Position numbers and translations under genes: made by a program | Shown: one piece after another, positions 10,260 to 21,645 of the stretch | Layout of the letters: the number at the start of each line of letters is the position of its first letter | How positions within the stretch are numbered: position 1 is the stretch's first letter | Notes under the pieces: generated by a model | Databases searched by the model: none | What the model was told of the DNA's origin: nothing | Seen by the model: only the letters and a program-made list of their open reading frames with translations | Assembly: GCA_965215565.1 (NCBI GenBank) | Contig: CBDCDZ010000004.1 | Coordinates: forward strand, 1,824,001 to 1,888,000 | Length of the DNA: 64,000 bases | Direction: 5' to 3' | DNA from: Trueperaceae bacterium | GTDB lineage: Bacteria; Deinococcota; Deinococci; Deinococcales; Trueperaceae

Positions 10260-12536
10260 TTACTCGACGATCACCGTGAAGGTTTTTCTCACTAAGCACG
10301 GACCTCTATTGCGGGCATTGCAACTCGGGCTGCTCGCGGTCGCGGTGAAGGTATAGGTACCGGGCTCTAAGTCTTTTCCCTTGATCTTGAGCTTACCGCT
10401 ATTCGACAAAGAGACGCCGGGAACGTCGCCCAAACCATCCGCTGACCACTGATACTTGCCGGGCTTGCCGTCCACGACGAGGCGGACCTTGCTCTTCCCG
10501 TCGATGGTAAGCGTCGTTGGGTTAGTGATGCTCGGATACCGCTCGAGTGCGTCGTCCGCTTGGATCAAGCCTTCGCCGGTGATGAAGTCGAAGCCCGCGC
10601 TGCCCATGTCAATCGCGCTAACTTCTAAGGCGTCGTAAACCTGCTCCACCGTGAGGTCAGGGTTTTTGTTGAGTTGCAGAGCGGCGACGGCGGCGGCGTG
10701 GGGCGCGGCGGCTGAGGTGCCGAAGAAGTTGGGGAATTCGCCCGGCTCGCGTGGCTCGAAGGTGCCGTCACCGTCGTCGTCATCGCGCACGGTGTCGCTA
10801 AAAAAGAAGGTGGTATTCGCGCCGTCGGGAGCGGTAAAGTCGGGCTGCGGGCGCACCTCGGGCTCGCTCAGGCGGTTGCCCGCAACATCGAAGAGGATCG
10901 GAACGCCGCCGTACGAGGAGAAGTCTTCGATGACAGGTGGCGTGGTGCCGTAAGCGGGCGTGTCACCCCAGAAGGCTGCGCCGACACCGCGCCCGTCAGC
11001 AGCGTTGTTGTGACCGTAAGAGGTCGGTGCGGTTAAGGGCGGGTCGAAGTCTACAATTGAACTGCCGAAGTTCACCCACTTGAGCAAGCCGGGCGCGTCC
11101 CCTTCAAAGAGGGTAAACGCGACAGCGAGATTGAAGCTCGAGCTAGCCGTCGCCGTGATGCTGACCCCCGTAAACTCCAAGGGGTCTGCGCCGACGTTGC
11201 GGTCGAACGAGGAGAGAAAATCCAAGAAGAGGTATTCGTCACCGATTTTCTGAAAGAGCAAGATGTCGAGGTCGTTACTCGCTCCTGGGCTCTCCTCCGA
11301 GACGGACTTGAAGGGCTCGTCCCACTGGAGCACGATGGTAGCGGACTGACCGGGCTCCAAGGTGAAGTCCTGAAAGATATCCGGCTCGCCCGAGGGCGCG
11401 AAGTCGTGAAAGCGCCCGAACGTGGGGTCTACGACGCCCGAGTCGTTAAAGGCACTCTCGTAGGAGCGGTTCGAGCGGTTGCCCGCCGAGGAGAAGTAGG
11501 GGACGCCCCGCCCCGCCACCTCGTTCACCGCTTGCGCGATGACGCCGTCTTGAAACATCGGCTCGGCGAAGTAGATCACGTCGTCTACGATGACCGTCGA
11601 GTCCGCGTCGGCGAGGTCGAGGATGCCCTGGGCGAAGGCGGGTTGTCCGTTAAAGGCGGTGTGAAAAGCTTGTTCCGCGCCCGGCGCGACGTCGTAAATG
11701 AGCTGCCCCATACCGCGCCCTTCGTCGATGAGCGCCCCCGGACTCGTGCAAGGGGCGGAGTCGTCCAAAATGTTCACATCGGCGGGCATGTCGTTACTCT
11801 CGACGTCCTCTTCGTAGCTCGTCACGCCGGCTAGCGGGAAACCCGGCGCAGGAACCGCGCCCTGGGTGGGGTCTGGCGGGCAGTCGTTTTTAAGGCGAGC
11901 GAAGCTGTCCGAGAGGATGCCGACTTTGTTGCCGCGCCCGTCCACGCCCTGGACCTCCTTGGCGGCGTCCGAGCGCATCGCCCTGTCGCCTTCGCTCGTA
12001 ACGAGCCCGACGTCGGTGACGGCGAGCGCGGGGCGCATCGCGGCGAGACTGGCAAGACCTGCCGTGTCTTCGAGCGCCGCGACGGGAAACCTACCCGAGA
12101 CGAGCGCCCCTGCGACTTCACCCTCTTGGAGCCCGAGCGCTGTGAGGTCACGCAGCAATCTGTCGGGGTCACCTTCGGCAACCGCTTCGATGACGAGCAC
12201 GTCCGCTACATCTTGTACCGACAGCCCTTCCGAGCGGGCGCTGTACTTAGTCACCTCGAGCGCCAACGCGCCGCTCAGCTTGGCGAGTGGACCATCTTTA
12301 GCGCCGCTGCCCAGTACACTTCGCCGCGCCTGCGTTTCCAGTTCAGCCGCTTGAGCGCTGAGTTCGCCCTGACCCAGCTCGTCCGTGACGAGTTCCAACT
12401 GTAGTCCCGTCGCCGCGTCGTCCTCGGCCGTTACGGGTCCTGCCGCAGAACGCGGTGCATCCTGCGCAGGTTGTAAGCTGCACGCCGCAAGCAGCAACCC
12501 TGTGAAAAGGATAAATAAGCCGTGCCGTGATGTCAT
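10260..12536 (-). CDS. Lipoprotein subtilase-clan serine peptidase (S8/S53-like)
   Basis: Lipobox LLAAC; GILSDS, DEGRGM (Glu in the place of His), SSAGN oxyanion motif and GTSAAAPH catalytic Ser. Confidence 0.88.
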   Translation of the reverse strand: MTSRHGLFILFTGLLLAACSLQPAQDAPRSAAGPVTAEDDAATGLQLELVTDELGQGELSAQAAELETQARRSVLGSGAKDGPLAKLSGALALEVTKYSARSEGLSVQDVADVLVIEAVAEGDPDRLLRDLTALGLQEGEVAGALVSGRFPVAALEDTAGLASLAAMRPALAVTDVGLVTSEGDRAMRSDAAKEVQGVDGRGNKVGILSDSFARLKNDCPPDPTQGAVPAPGFPLAGVTSYEEDVESNDMPADVNILDDSAPCTSPGALIDEGRGMGQLIYDVAPGAEQAFHTAFNGQPAFAQGILDLADADSTVIVDDVIYFAEPMFQDGVIAQAVNEVAGRGVPYFSSAGNRSNRSYESAFNDSGVVDPTFGRFHDFAPSGEPDIFQDFTLEPGQSATIVLQWDEPFKSVSEESPGASNDLDILLFQKIGDEYLFLDFLSSFDRNVGADPLEFTGVSITATASSSFNLAVAFTLFEGDAPGLLKWVNFGSSIVDFDPPLTAPTSYGHNNAADGRGVGAAFWGDTPAYGTTPPVIEDFSSYGGVPILFDVAGNRLSEPEVRPQPDFTAPDGANTTFFFSDTVRDDDDGDGTFEPREPGEFPNFFGTSAAAPHAAAVAALQLNKNPDLTVEQVYDALEVSAIDMGSAGFDFITGEGLIQADDALERYPSITNPTTLTIDGKSKVRLVVDGKPGKYQWSADGLGDVPGVSLSNSGKLKIKGKDLEPGTYTFTATASSPSCNARNRGPCLVRKTFTVIVE

Positions 12537-12882
12537 AGTTTCTCCCCTAACCATGAATCTCTACTGAGACATCGCTTTCCGCACAGAGGCGAACTTATAC
12601 GCGCTTTCTCACTAGAGCATAAGAAATCTATCATGAGCGGTTTCTAAGTGCAACAGGTTAACTTTGTTTACGCCCAAGCGACGCTGCAAAATATTCGCTA
12701 AACTGCGTGCAGCGCGTAGTTCGCCGAGTACAACGAAACCTGAGCGCCCCTCGGAAAGGCGACGAACCGAAGGTAGCCGCCAGCGCGAGACAGCGCGTAA
12801 AAACACCACTTCACAGAAATCTCTGTGAAGCTTTTCAGATCGTGTTTAGGGAGGTTTAGGCATGATTCGCACTAGGAGGTCT

Positions 12883-12999
12883 ATGATGCAGGAATGGATT
12901 ACACAGTTCCCCTGGTTGCAGCACATTGCGTTTTACCTCATCGCACTGGTGTGGCCGGTGGTGCTCATTCAAATTTTTACTGAACGCGAAGAAGACTAG
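12883..12999 (+). CDS. 38-aa single-TM small protein (MMQEWITQFPWLQHIAFYLIALVWPVVLIQIFTEREED), below the ORF-track cutoff
   Basis: AGGAGG RBS immediately upstream; one hydrophobic helix with an acidic tail. Confidence 0.6.
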   Translation: MMQEWITQFPWLQHIAFYLIALVWPVVLIQIFTEREED

Positions 13000-13516
13000 G
13001 TTGTGTTGATATTTGCCTTTTAAGAAAATCGCTTATCGTCCCCGCAGACAGGGTAAATCTACGTACTTTGTGGTCTTCTTACTCCTTGCTTCTTGCTCCA
13101 GTCAAGCTGGTGTACGTCAGTCCTCACGTAGTGAACGAACGGTTCCTGCTTCTTGTACGCAGCAGGGCAAAACTTACAGAGGACAGTTTGAAAAGTCAAC
13201 AAAACCTAGCAGCCAACCGAAAAACGAAGGAAGCCAAGAAGGGCGACGCGGCCTTAGTACCTGCGTCAATATCTGATGCGCGGTGCTGTCCTCACCGACG
13301 AGGTCGCCTATAAGCGCCAACCTCTCCTCAGCCTTTTCTTTGTCCTTTTCTCTGGCGCGAGCTTGCCGAGCAAGGCAGTGTAGATTGCGTGCTCATCAAC
13401 GTGAACGCGCTTCAAGCCGTCGGGTCATGCTAATAGCGCCTCCGCACGCGCCTCGTCATCCTCCTTGAGCGCTTCTAAAGCCTCTCGCGCGAAGGCGAAG
13501 TCGTCTTCGTGTATTT

Positions 13517-14923
13517 CTATCCCTCGAGCATCAAACTCTCCGGCGTCTCCAAAAGCTCAATCAGATAACTCGTAAACATCGCCGCTTCCGCCCCGTCTAC
13601 GACGCGGTGGTCGAACGACATGCTGAGGTAGATCATCTGCCGCGCTACGATGGAATCGTCCTCCAGGACAACCGGGCGCTTCTTAATGCTGTGCACGCCT
13701 AAAATTGCCGCTTCGGGCACGTTGATAATGGGGAAGCTAAAGAGCCCGCCCAAGGTGCCGATATTGGTAATGCTAAAGGTGCCCCCTTTGACCTCATCGG
13801 GGGCGAGTTTGCCTTCGCGCGCTTTGGTTGCTAACTCGCGAATATCTCCAGCAAGCTCCAAGATGCTTTTACGGTCTACGTCTTTGATGACGGGGACGAC
13901 TAAACCGACATCTGTAGCGACGGCCATGCCTAAGTTGTAGTAGTACTTGGTGACGATTTCGCTGGTGTCTTCGTCGAGGCTCGAGTTAAGTACCGGAAAC
14001 TTTTTGAGCGCCGCGACAGTCGCTTTCATGATAAAAGGCAGATACGAGACCTTCGCGTCACGCTTCGCGGCTAGCGGCTTGAGACGTTCGCGCATCGCGC
14101 TGAGTTCGGTGACGTCGGCTTCGTCCACGTGGAGCGTGCGCACGCTTTGCAGGTGCGAGGCGACCATCTGGTTGGAAATCGCGCGGCGCAGTCCGCGTAT
14201 AGGCGTACGCTCCTCTAAGTCTTCGTAGCCTTGCGGCGTCTTATAGGAGATACGCTCTCGTTGCGGTGCGCTGACGGTCTGAGGAGCGCGTTTAGGCTCC
14301 TCTTGCGCCTGCGTTTCGGCGTGCGCTTTCACGTCGTTCACGCGAATACGGCCGTTCGGTCCGCTGCCTGCAACATCCGAGAGGTCGATCTCTAGCTCCC
14401 GCGCCAACTTTCGCGCTGCTGGTACGGCGAGAACGCGCCCGTAAGGCCCAGTTATCTGTACTTCGCCGTTTGTCTGCCCCTCGTCTTTCACCTCTTGACG
14501 CTTGACTTGATACGTCGGCGTGGTGTCGTCATCGGCGGAAGCTTTGAAAAGGCTCAGGCTGTCGCCGTCGTCCTCTTCCTCATCGCCGCCCGGCTCGACG
14601 ATGGATCGTTCCTCTTGCGCCTGCACGTTCTCGCCACTCTCGGCTTGGCTATCTTGCGCGGGTACGTCCTCTTGCTCGCCTTCGGCGTCATCCCCGAAGA
14701 GTGCGATAGGGTCGTGTACCGCCACCACATCACCCTCTTTGACGAGTTGCTTTTGTAGCGTGCCCGCGTATGGGCTCGGCAATTCCACCGTCACTTTATC
14801 GGTCATCACCTCAACGACAGGTTGATCTTCTTCGACGCTCTCCCCTTCTGCAATGAGCCATTTGACGATCTCACCCTCAACAACGGACTCGGCGAGTTCG
14901 GGGAGTAGGAGTTCTTTGGGCAT
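13517..14923 (-). CDS. 2-oxoacid dehydrogenase E2, dihydrolipoamide acyltransferase
   Basis: Lipoyl domain VMTDKV, E3-binding GSGPNGRI and catalytic DHRVVDG. Confidence 0.96.
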   Translation of the reverse strand: MPKELLLPELAESVVEGEIVKWLIAEGESVEEDQPVVEVMTDKVTVELPSPYAGTLQKQLVKEGDVVAVHDPIALFGDDAEGEQEDVPAQDSQAESGENVQAQEERSIVEPGGDEEEDDGDSLSLFKASADDDTTPTYQVKRQEVKDEGQTNGEVQITGPYGRVLAVPAARKLARELEIDLSDVAGSGPNGRIRVNDVKAHAETQAQEEPKRAPQTVSAPQRERISYKTPQGYEDLEERTPIRGLRRAISNQMVASHLQSVRTLHVDEADVTELSAMRERLKPLAAKRDAKVSYLPFIMKATVAALKKFPVLNSSLDEDTSEIVTKYYYNLGMAVATDVGLVVPVIKDVDRKSILELAGDIRELATKAREGKLAPDEVKGGTFSITNIGTLGGLFSFPIINVPEAAILGVHSIKKRPVVLEDDSIVARQMIYLSMSFDHRVVDGAEAAMFTSYLIELLETPESLMLEG

Positions 14924-14937
14924 TCGTTCTCCTTGAT

Positions 14938-15039
14938 CGCAGGTATCAAATTCTGTCTCACTCCGTTCGGAGCTGGTCGTAAACGCGCTCTATAGAGAAG
15001 GCGTCAACTAGCGCTCACGTTGTGTGATGATACCTGCGG
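14938..15039. repeat. Degenerate or partial copy of the MITE-like repeat between the E1b and E2 genes
   Basis: CGCAGGTATCA...TGATACCTGCG inverted repeat, matching the internal arms of the family. Confidence 0.5.
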
Positions 15040-15093
15040 CAGTTTACCTCACGTCGCGAGCTGAATTTAGACCGGAGCTAAATGTCAATACCC

Positions 15094-16071
15094 TTAATAA
15101 TCTAGAACCTTCTGCACTGCTTTAAGAATCCGGTTGACACCGGGCAAGTACTCTCTATCTTGGGCGTAAGGATAGGGCGTGTCGAAACCCGTGACGCGCA
15201 GGGGCGGAGCTAGGAGCGAATCCAGCACCTCTTCGCAGATCGTCGCGGCGATTTCGGCGGCGAAACCGGCCGTTTTGGGCGCTTCACTGACCAATACGAC
15301 GCGCCCTCTTAGGGCGACAGCCTCTAGCACCGTATCTTTGTCCCAGGGCAGCAGCGAGCGCAGATCGATGACGTGCGCCGCGATACCCTGTTCGGAGAGG
15401 GCTTGCGCCGCTTTCACCGTCTCAGCGACGCTGCCGCCGTAGGAGACTAAGACGAGGTCGTCACCCTCTTGTCTCACCCTCGCCTTGCCGAGGGGAACCG
15501 TGAAGTCCTCGTCGTCCGGCACGTCCTCTTTCACCGCGCGGTATAAACGCTTAGGCTCCATAAAGACCACCGGGTCTTCGTCGCGCACGGCGGTTTTGAG
15601 GAGCCCTTTGGCGTCGGTGGGCGTCGAGGGATAGACGACTTTGAGCCCCGGCGTGTGGACGAAGTGCGTTTCCGGGTTCTGCGAGTGGTGGTGTCCGCCC
15701 TTGACGCCGCCGCCCGCAGGCATCCGCACCACCATCGGCGCGTGGAACTGCCCGCCCGAGCGGTAACGAAGCTTCGCCGCTTGCGAAACGAGCTGGTCGA
15801 AGCCGGGGTAGACGTAATCTGCGAACTGAATCTCGGCGACGGGGCGGAGCCCATGCGCCGCCATCCCTACTGCCGCGCCGATAATTGCCGCTTCGGACAG
15901 GGGTGAGTCGATGACGCGGTCAGGACCGTACTTGTCGAAGAGCTTCTCCGTTGCCAAAAAGACGCCGCCACGCTTGCCGACGTCCTCGCCCATCACCACC
16001 ACGCGCTCGTCACGCGCCATCTCTTCGTCCAGCGTGCGGGCGATGGCTTGCACCATGTTGAGTGTTGCCAC
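15094..16071 (-). CDS. 2-oxoacid (probably branched-chain) dehydrogenase E1 beta
   Basis: [25 protein letters not shown] and GHHHSQ motifs. Confidence 0.95.
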   Translation of the reverse strand: MATLNMVQAIARTLDEEMARDERVVVMGEDVGKRGGVFLATEKLFDKYGPDRVIDSPLSEAAIIGAAVGMAAHGLRPVAEIQFADYVYPGFDQLVSQAAKLRYRSGGQFHAPMVVRMPAGGGVKGGHHHSQNPETHFVHTPGLKVVYPSTPTDAKGLLKTAVRDEDPVVFMEPKRLYRAVKEDVPDDEDFTVPLGKARVRQEGDDLVLVSYGGSVAETVKAAQALSEQGIAAHVIDLRSLLPWDKDTVLEAVALRGRVVLVSEAPKTAGFAAEIAATICEEVLDSLLAPPLRVTGFDTPYPYAQDREYLPGVNRILKAVQKVLDY

Positions 16072-16153
16072 AGGTCTCCTTTAGAGCCTGTCAGCTAGTC
16101 AGCCGATCAGCATTTCAGGATTTTCCTGACTATCTGACGAGCTGAAGTGCTGA

Positions 16154-17257
<1,104 letters not shown>

Positions 17258-17387
17258 CTAATCCTATATTGTGACCTTTCGCGTTTTGACTTTTCGCTGT
17301 GCGAGTCTCTTTGAGTCCGTCTCGCTGAGCGGCTCTTTTGCGCGCTAATCGCAGGTATATGGATAAAAGCACAAAAGATAAAAGCAC

Positions 17388-17544
17388 AAAAAAGCCCAGC
17401 GTCGGCTGGGATAGATGGAGCCCTGACAGAGCTTGAAATACCTAGCTTGGCTAGATATGCCACTGAGCAAACTGCTACGCAAATCAGCAGATACGTCACT
17501 GTAGGTTCTGCTAGCTGAAGCACGTTACCTCTCGTTTCTATCCC
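17388..17544 (-). promoter_or_regulatory. Candidate structured cis-regulatory leader with attenuator upstream of E1 alpha
   Basis: GGGATAGA/TCTATCCC closing stem around several hairpins; its 3' arm overlaps a CCCAGC/GCTGGG-U6 terminator. Confidence 0.45.
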
Positions 17545-17912
17545 GAATTTTACTCTAATTCCAGACCTGCGCGTGTTCAAAACCCATGTTGCTAACCCTA
17601 TTATGGTAGCACTTGCGCGCTCAGAAAAGAGTTTACAGGTCATACATCCGAGTACACATTAAGGTTGGCTCAAGCGTCGGAGAGCGTGAGGGCGCAAAGA
17701 GCCGACACCCCTCGAGCCTCACGAGCGTGAAGTCAGACATTTGTAAAGAGCTGCCACGTTAGCGCGCACCTTAAAGGATGCGCTATATTGTTTTAACCGA
17801 GGCCTAGTCGCGCCGTACGCTAGGCCGCGTTTCTCATTACCACGAGGTTGAGCGCTACGCTTACTTGCTCATAAAGAGCGCTCATAACCGACCATCACAA
17901 AGGAGGAGGCGC

Positions 17913-18857
17913 ATGAAAAATGAGCGTCTGATTGCTTATATTCTTATCACGGTAGGCGTAGTGACGCTGCTCTCGAGAGTAGGCAGCGCTGACTGGCTCT
18001 GGATGGCGCTCGTCGCAGCGGCGCTTTTGGCAGGCTACGTAACACGCAAGAACTACGGGTTTTTGGTGGCGGGCGCGGCGCTCTCCGGGCTCGCCGTAGG
18101 CGAGATGATAGGTACGCTCAGCGGCACGCTCATAAGTTTGGGCGCGGGCTTTTTCGTGGTCGACCGCCTCGAGCCGCGTCCCAACCGCTGGGCCCTCTAC
18201 CTGGCGGGCGCGCTAGCAGGCATCGGGCTCTTCGTCGGGCTCGGCAACGTGCTCAATTCGTTCTGGGTGGCGATCATCTTCATCGCGGGCGGGGCGTACT
18301 TGCTCCTGCGCGACTCGGACGATGCGCTAGGAAGTGCATCATCCGAAACGCAGCCCGCACAGACGGATACTCGGGCGGATACTCAAGCGAATACTCGAGC
18401 GGACCCTCAGACGGAGCAAGGATCAGCAGACACTACAGAGACCCCCACGCCCATCAAAGAAGCGAACTTGGACCCAGCGGAGGACGCTCCGACGGTTACT
18501 GCGACAGGTGCTGCGCCAACCGCTGAGGCCGCTTCGCCCAAAGCGGCGGCTGCCGAAAAGACTGAGCGCCCCGCCGAAAACGTCTCCCCTGCTTTGGATG
18601 AGCCAGACCTTAGCGCCGACGAAAAGGAGCGCTACCACCTCCTGGAAGTGTGGCGCAGAGAGACAGCGAAGTCCGAGGGGCGTCCGGCGTACATCGTGTT
18701 ACGCAACGAGAGCTTGCGGCAGATTGCGCAGCAAAACCCGCAAACTTTAGACGAGTTAAGTTCGGTCAAAGGTATTGGACCGGTGAAGCTCGAGCAGTAC
18801 GGTGATACAATCTTGGGCGTGCTGAGGGGTGAACGACCGGCGAGCGGCGCATCCTGA
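17913..18857 (+). CDS. Polytopic membrane protein fused to a C-terminal HRDC domain
   Basis: AGGAGG RBS; about 6 TM helices, a low-complexity linker, then HRDC motifs (WRRETAKSEGRPAYIV...VKGIGPVKLEQYG). Confidence 0.85.
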   Translation: MKNERLIAYILITVGVVTLLSRVGSADWLWMALVAAALLAGYVTRKNYGFLVAGAALSGLAVGEMIGTLSGTLISLGAGFFVVDRLEPRPNRWALYLAGALAGIGLFVGLGNVLNSFWVAIIFIAGGAYLLLRDSDDALGSASSETQPAQTDTRADTQANTRADPQTEQGSADTTETPTPIKEANLDPAEDAPTVTATGAAPTAEAASPKAAAAEKTERPAENVSPALDEPDLSADEKERYHLLEVWRRETAKSEGRPAYIVLRNESLRQIAQQNPQTLDELSSVKGIGPVKLEQYGDTILGVLRGERPASGAS

Positions 18858-19060
18858 CCTGTTCGCTCAGCACGAGGAGCGTGTACTTCACATCTTGCTC
18901 ACGGCAACCTGGACGTGCATGATTGGGTAAACTGTCCTGTATTGCTTTAATAATACGCCCTACCCGTATACAAAGTCACGCAGAGGTGATATGACGTTAG
19001 AAGCGTTTACAAAGTAGCTATGGCGCAACATCACGACGTAAAACACACCTACGGAGGATC

Positions 19061-20203
19061 ATGGAACAAACGATTTATCGCGGTTTAGACGGCGTTCATA
19101 TTGATACGACGAAGATTTGCCAAATTGACGGGCAAAAAGGACAGCTCATCTACCGAGGTTACGATATAAGCGAGCTGGCGGATAAGGCGAGCTTCGAAGA
19201 GGTGATCTACCTCTTATGGAATGATGACCTGCCTAACGAGGAGCAGCTCGCCACCTTTCAAGAGGAGTTGAAGCCTCACTTCGCCGTGCCCGACGAGATC
19301 ATTCAGCTCTTTCGCCTCTTGCCCAAAGAGACGCAGCCCATGCACGCGCTGCAGAGCGCCGTCTCGACCCTCGCCTCGTTCGATGACGAGTCGGAAGACG
19401 TGAGTTTAGAGAACGTGCGCAACATCGGACTCAAACTCGTCACGCAGTTCCCGACGCTCGTCGCGACGCTGGAGCGGCTGCGTCAGGGCAAAGACCCAGT
19501 CGCGCCCAACCCCGACTACGGCATCGCCAAAAACTTCCTCTATATGCTCAATGATGAGGAGCCTACAGAAGCCGCCGTGCGCGTGATGGACGTCGCGCTC
19601 GTACTCCACGCCGAGCACGGCTCGAACGCGAGTACCTTTACTGCGCGCACCACCGCGTCCACCCTTACAGACGTCTACAGCGCAATTTCGGCGGCGGTAG
19701 GCAGCCTCAAGGGACCGCTGCACGGCGGCGCGAACACCGCTGTGATGAACGCCTTGGAGAAAATTGGTAGCATCGACGGTGTCGAGGCGTTCGTGATGGA
19801 TAAACTCAGTAAAGAGAGCGGGCGCGTGCCCGGCTTCGGGCACCGCGTCTACCGCGTGATCGACCCCCGCGCGGTTATCTTGGAGCGCGTCTCCGAAGAT
19901 TTAGCTGAAGAGTCCGGCGACTCCAAGTGGTTCGAGATGAGCCAGGAGATGGAGCGCGTTATGGCGCGCGAGATGGACAAACGGGACAAGCAGGTCAAGC
20001 CTAACGTGGACTTCTTCTCCGCGTCGGTCTACCGGATGTTGGGTTTTCCGGCGGATATGTACACGCCTATCTTCGCTGTAGCGCGAATCAGCGGTTGGAT
20101 GGCGCATCTTTTGGAGCAGTACGACGACAACCGCATCATGCGCCCGCGCCTCGTTTACGAAGGACCGACAGGTAAGACCTTTACACCACTGGAAGAGCGG
20201 TAG
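19061..20203 (+). CDS. Citrate synthase / 2-methylcitrate synthase (short type)
   Basis: LIYRGY, HAEHGSNAST, GPLHGGAN, GFGHRVY and PNVDF motifs. Confidence 0.95.
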   Translation: MEQTIYRGLDGVHIDTTKICQIDGQKGQLIYRGYDISELADKASFEEVIYLLWNDDLPNEEQLATFQEELKPHFAVPDEIIQLFRLLPKETQPMHALQSAVSTLASFDDESEDVSLENVRNIGLKLVTQFPTLVATLERLRQGKDPVAPNPDYGIAKNFLYMLNDEEPTEAAVRVMDVALVLHAEHGSNASTFTARTTASTLTDVYSAISAAVGSLKGPLHGGANTAVMNALEKIGSIDGVEAFVMDKLSKESGRVPGFGHRVYRVIDPRAVILERVSEDLAEESGDSKWFEMSQEMERVMAREMDKRDKQVKPNVDFFSASVYRMLGFPADMYTPIFAVARISGWMAHLLEQYDDNRIMRPRLVYEGPTGKTFTPLEER

Positions 20204-20227
20204 CGCGCAACACTCGAGCGTCAACGC

Positions 20228-20256
20228 AAGCAGAGGTCGTTCCGCCTCTGCTTTTT
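20228..20256 (+). terminator. Rho-independent terminator after the citrate synthase gene
   Basis: AAGCAGAGG/CCTCTGCTT stem plus a T run. Confidence 0.75.
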
Positions 20257-20268
20257 ACATCAGTAGTG

Positions 20269-20403
20269 ATACCGTTTCCGGTTGAATACGCTATTTTATA
20301 GCGTATTTAATCCCGAGCGGATGCGAGCAGAAAAAGTACGGGTTCTGGTGATACCGGAAGAAACTCTGCAAGAGTTTATGCAGGAATCAATCGGAACCCG
20401 TAT
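20269..20403. repeat. Deinococcus SRE-like small repetitive element
   Basis: Ends ATACCGTTTCCG...CGGAACCCGTAT; internal GAATACGCTAT/ATAGCGTATTT hairpin and GAGCGGATGCGAGCAGAAAAAGTACGGG core. The family resemblance is from memory. Confidence 0.65.
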
Positions 20404-20461
20404 GATTCCTTCTACTCGCAACCGAACGAGCACTGTAGCTGAGCCACGCTAAAAAGATAGT

Positions 20462-20728
20462 TCAATCTTTGATACGCCGCTCGACGACATTCAAAGCGCG
20501 TCCCAGCTCGCGGCGTAGGGCGAGCATCGTCACCATCTCGGGAAACGTCTTCACGCTGAGCCCTGCTGTTTTCTGTGACGCTTTGCGCAAGTGTCGATGT
20601 AGTTTTCGTAGCTCTGCGTCGCTCACGGTTCGTCCTTTCGTCGTGCAGGTACGTTCCCTAATGCCCTCGAGACCTAGTGACTCCCAAAACGTTCGTCTAC
20701 TTCTACTGTTAAAACTAGATGAACGCAT
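20462..20728 (-). CDS. Hypothetical basic helical protein
   Basis: ORF of about 88 aa with GAGG upstream; no recognisable motif. Confidence 0.35.
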   Translation of the reverse strand: MRSSSFNSRSRRTFWESLGLEGIRERTCTTKGRTVSDAELRKLHRHLRKASQKTAGLSVKTFPEMVTMLALRRELGRALNVVERRIKD

Positions 20729-20916
20729 TGTAATAGAATCCTCATCCCTATGCAAGAGCAAGAGACGTGAGGGAGTTAGGCGACAAGTACAGCAAATCCG
20801 CTCTTCAGATACCTGGGAACGCCTGAAGAGTGGATTGGTTCTTAGTTCTAATTGTAGGGGTCTCGCCGTTCTATAGACCTGCAGGTGTCACCACGAAAGG
20901 CACGTTAAAGGAAAGG

Positions 20917-21645
<729 letters not shown>

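Noticed and set aside
17410..17572. Cobalamin riboswitch on the plus strand (GCCACTG and AGACCTGC present)
   Set aside because: The GGGAA and GGGAAG B12-box elements are absent, the terminator polarity is minus-strand, and there is no B12-related downstream gene
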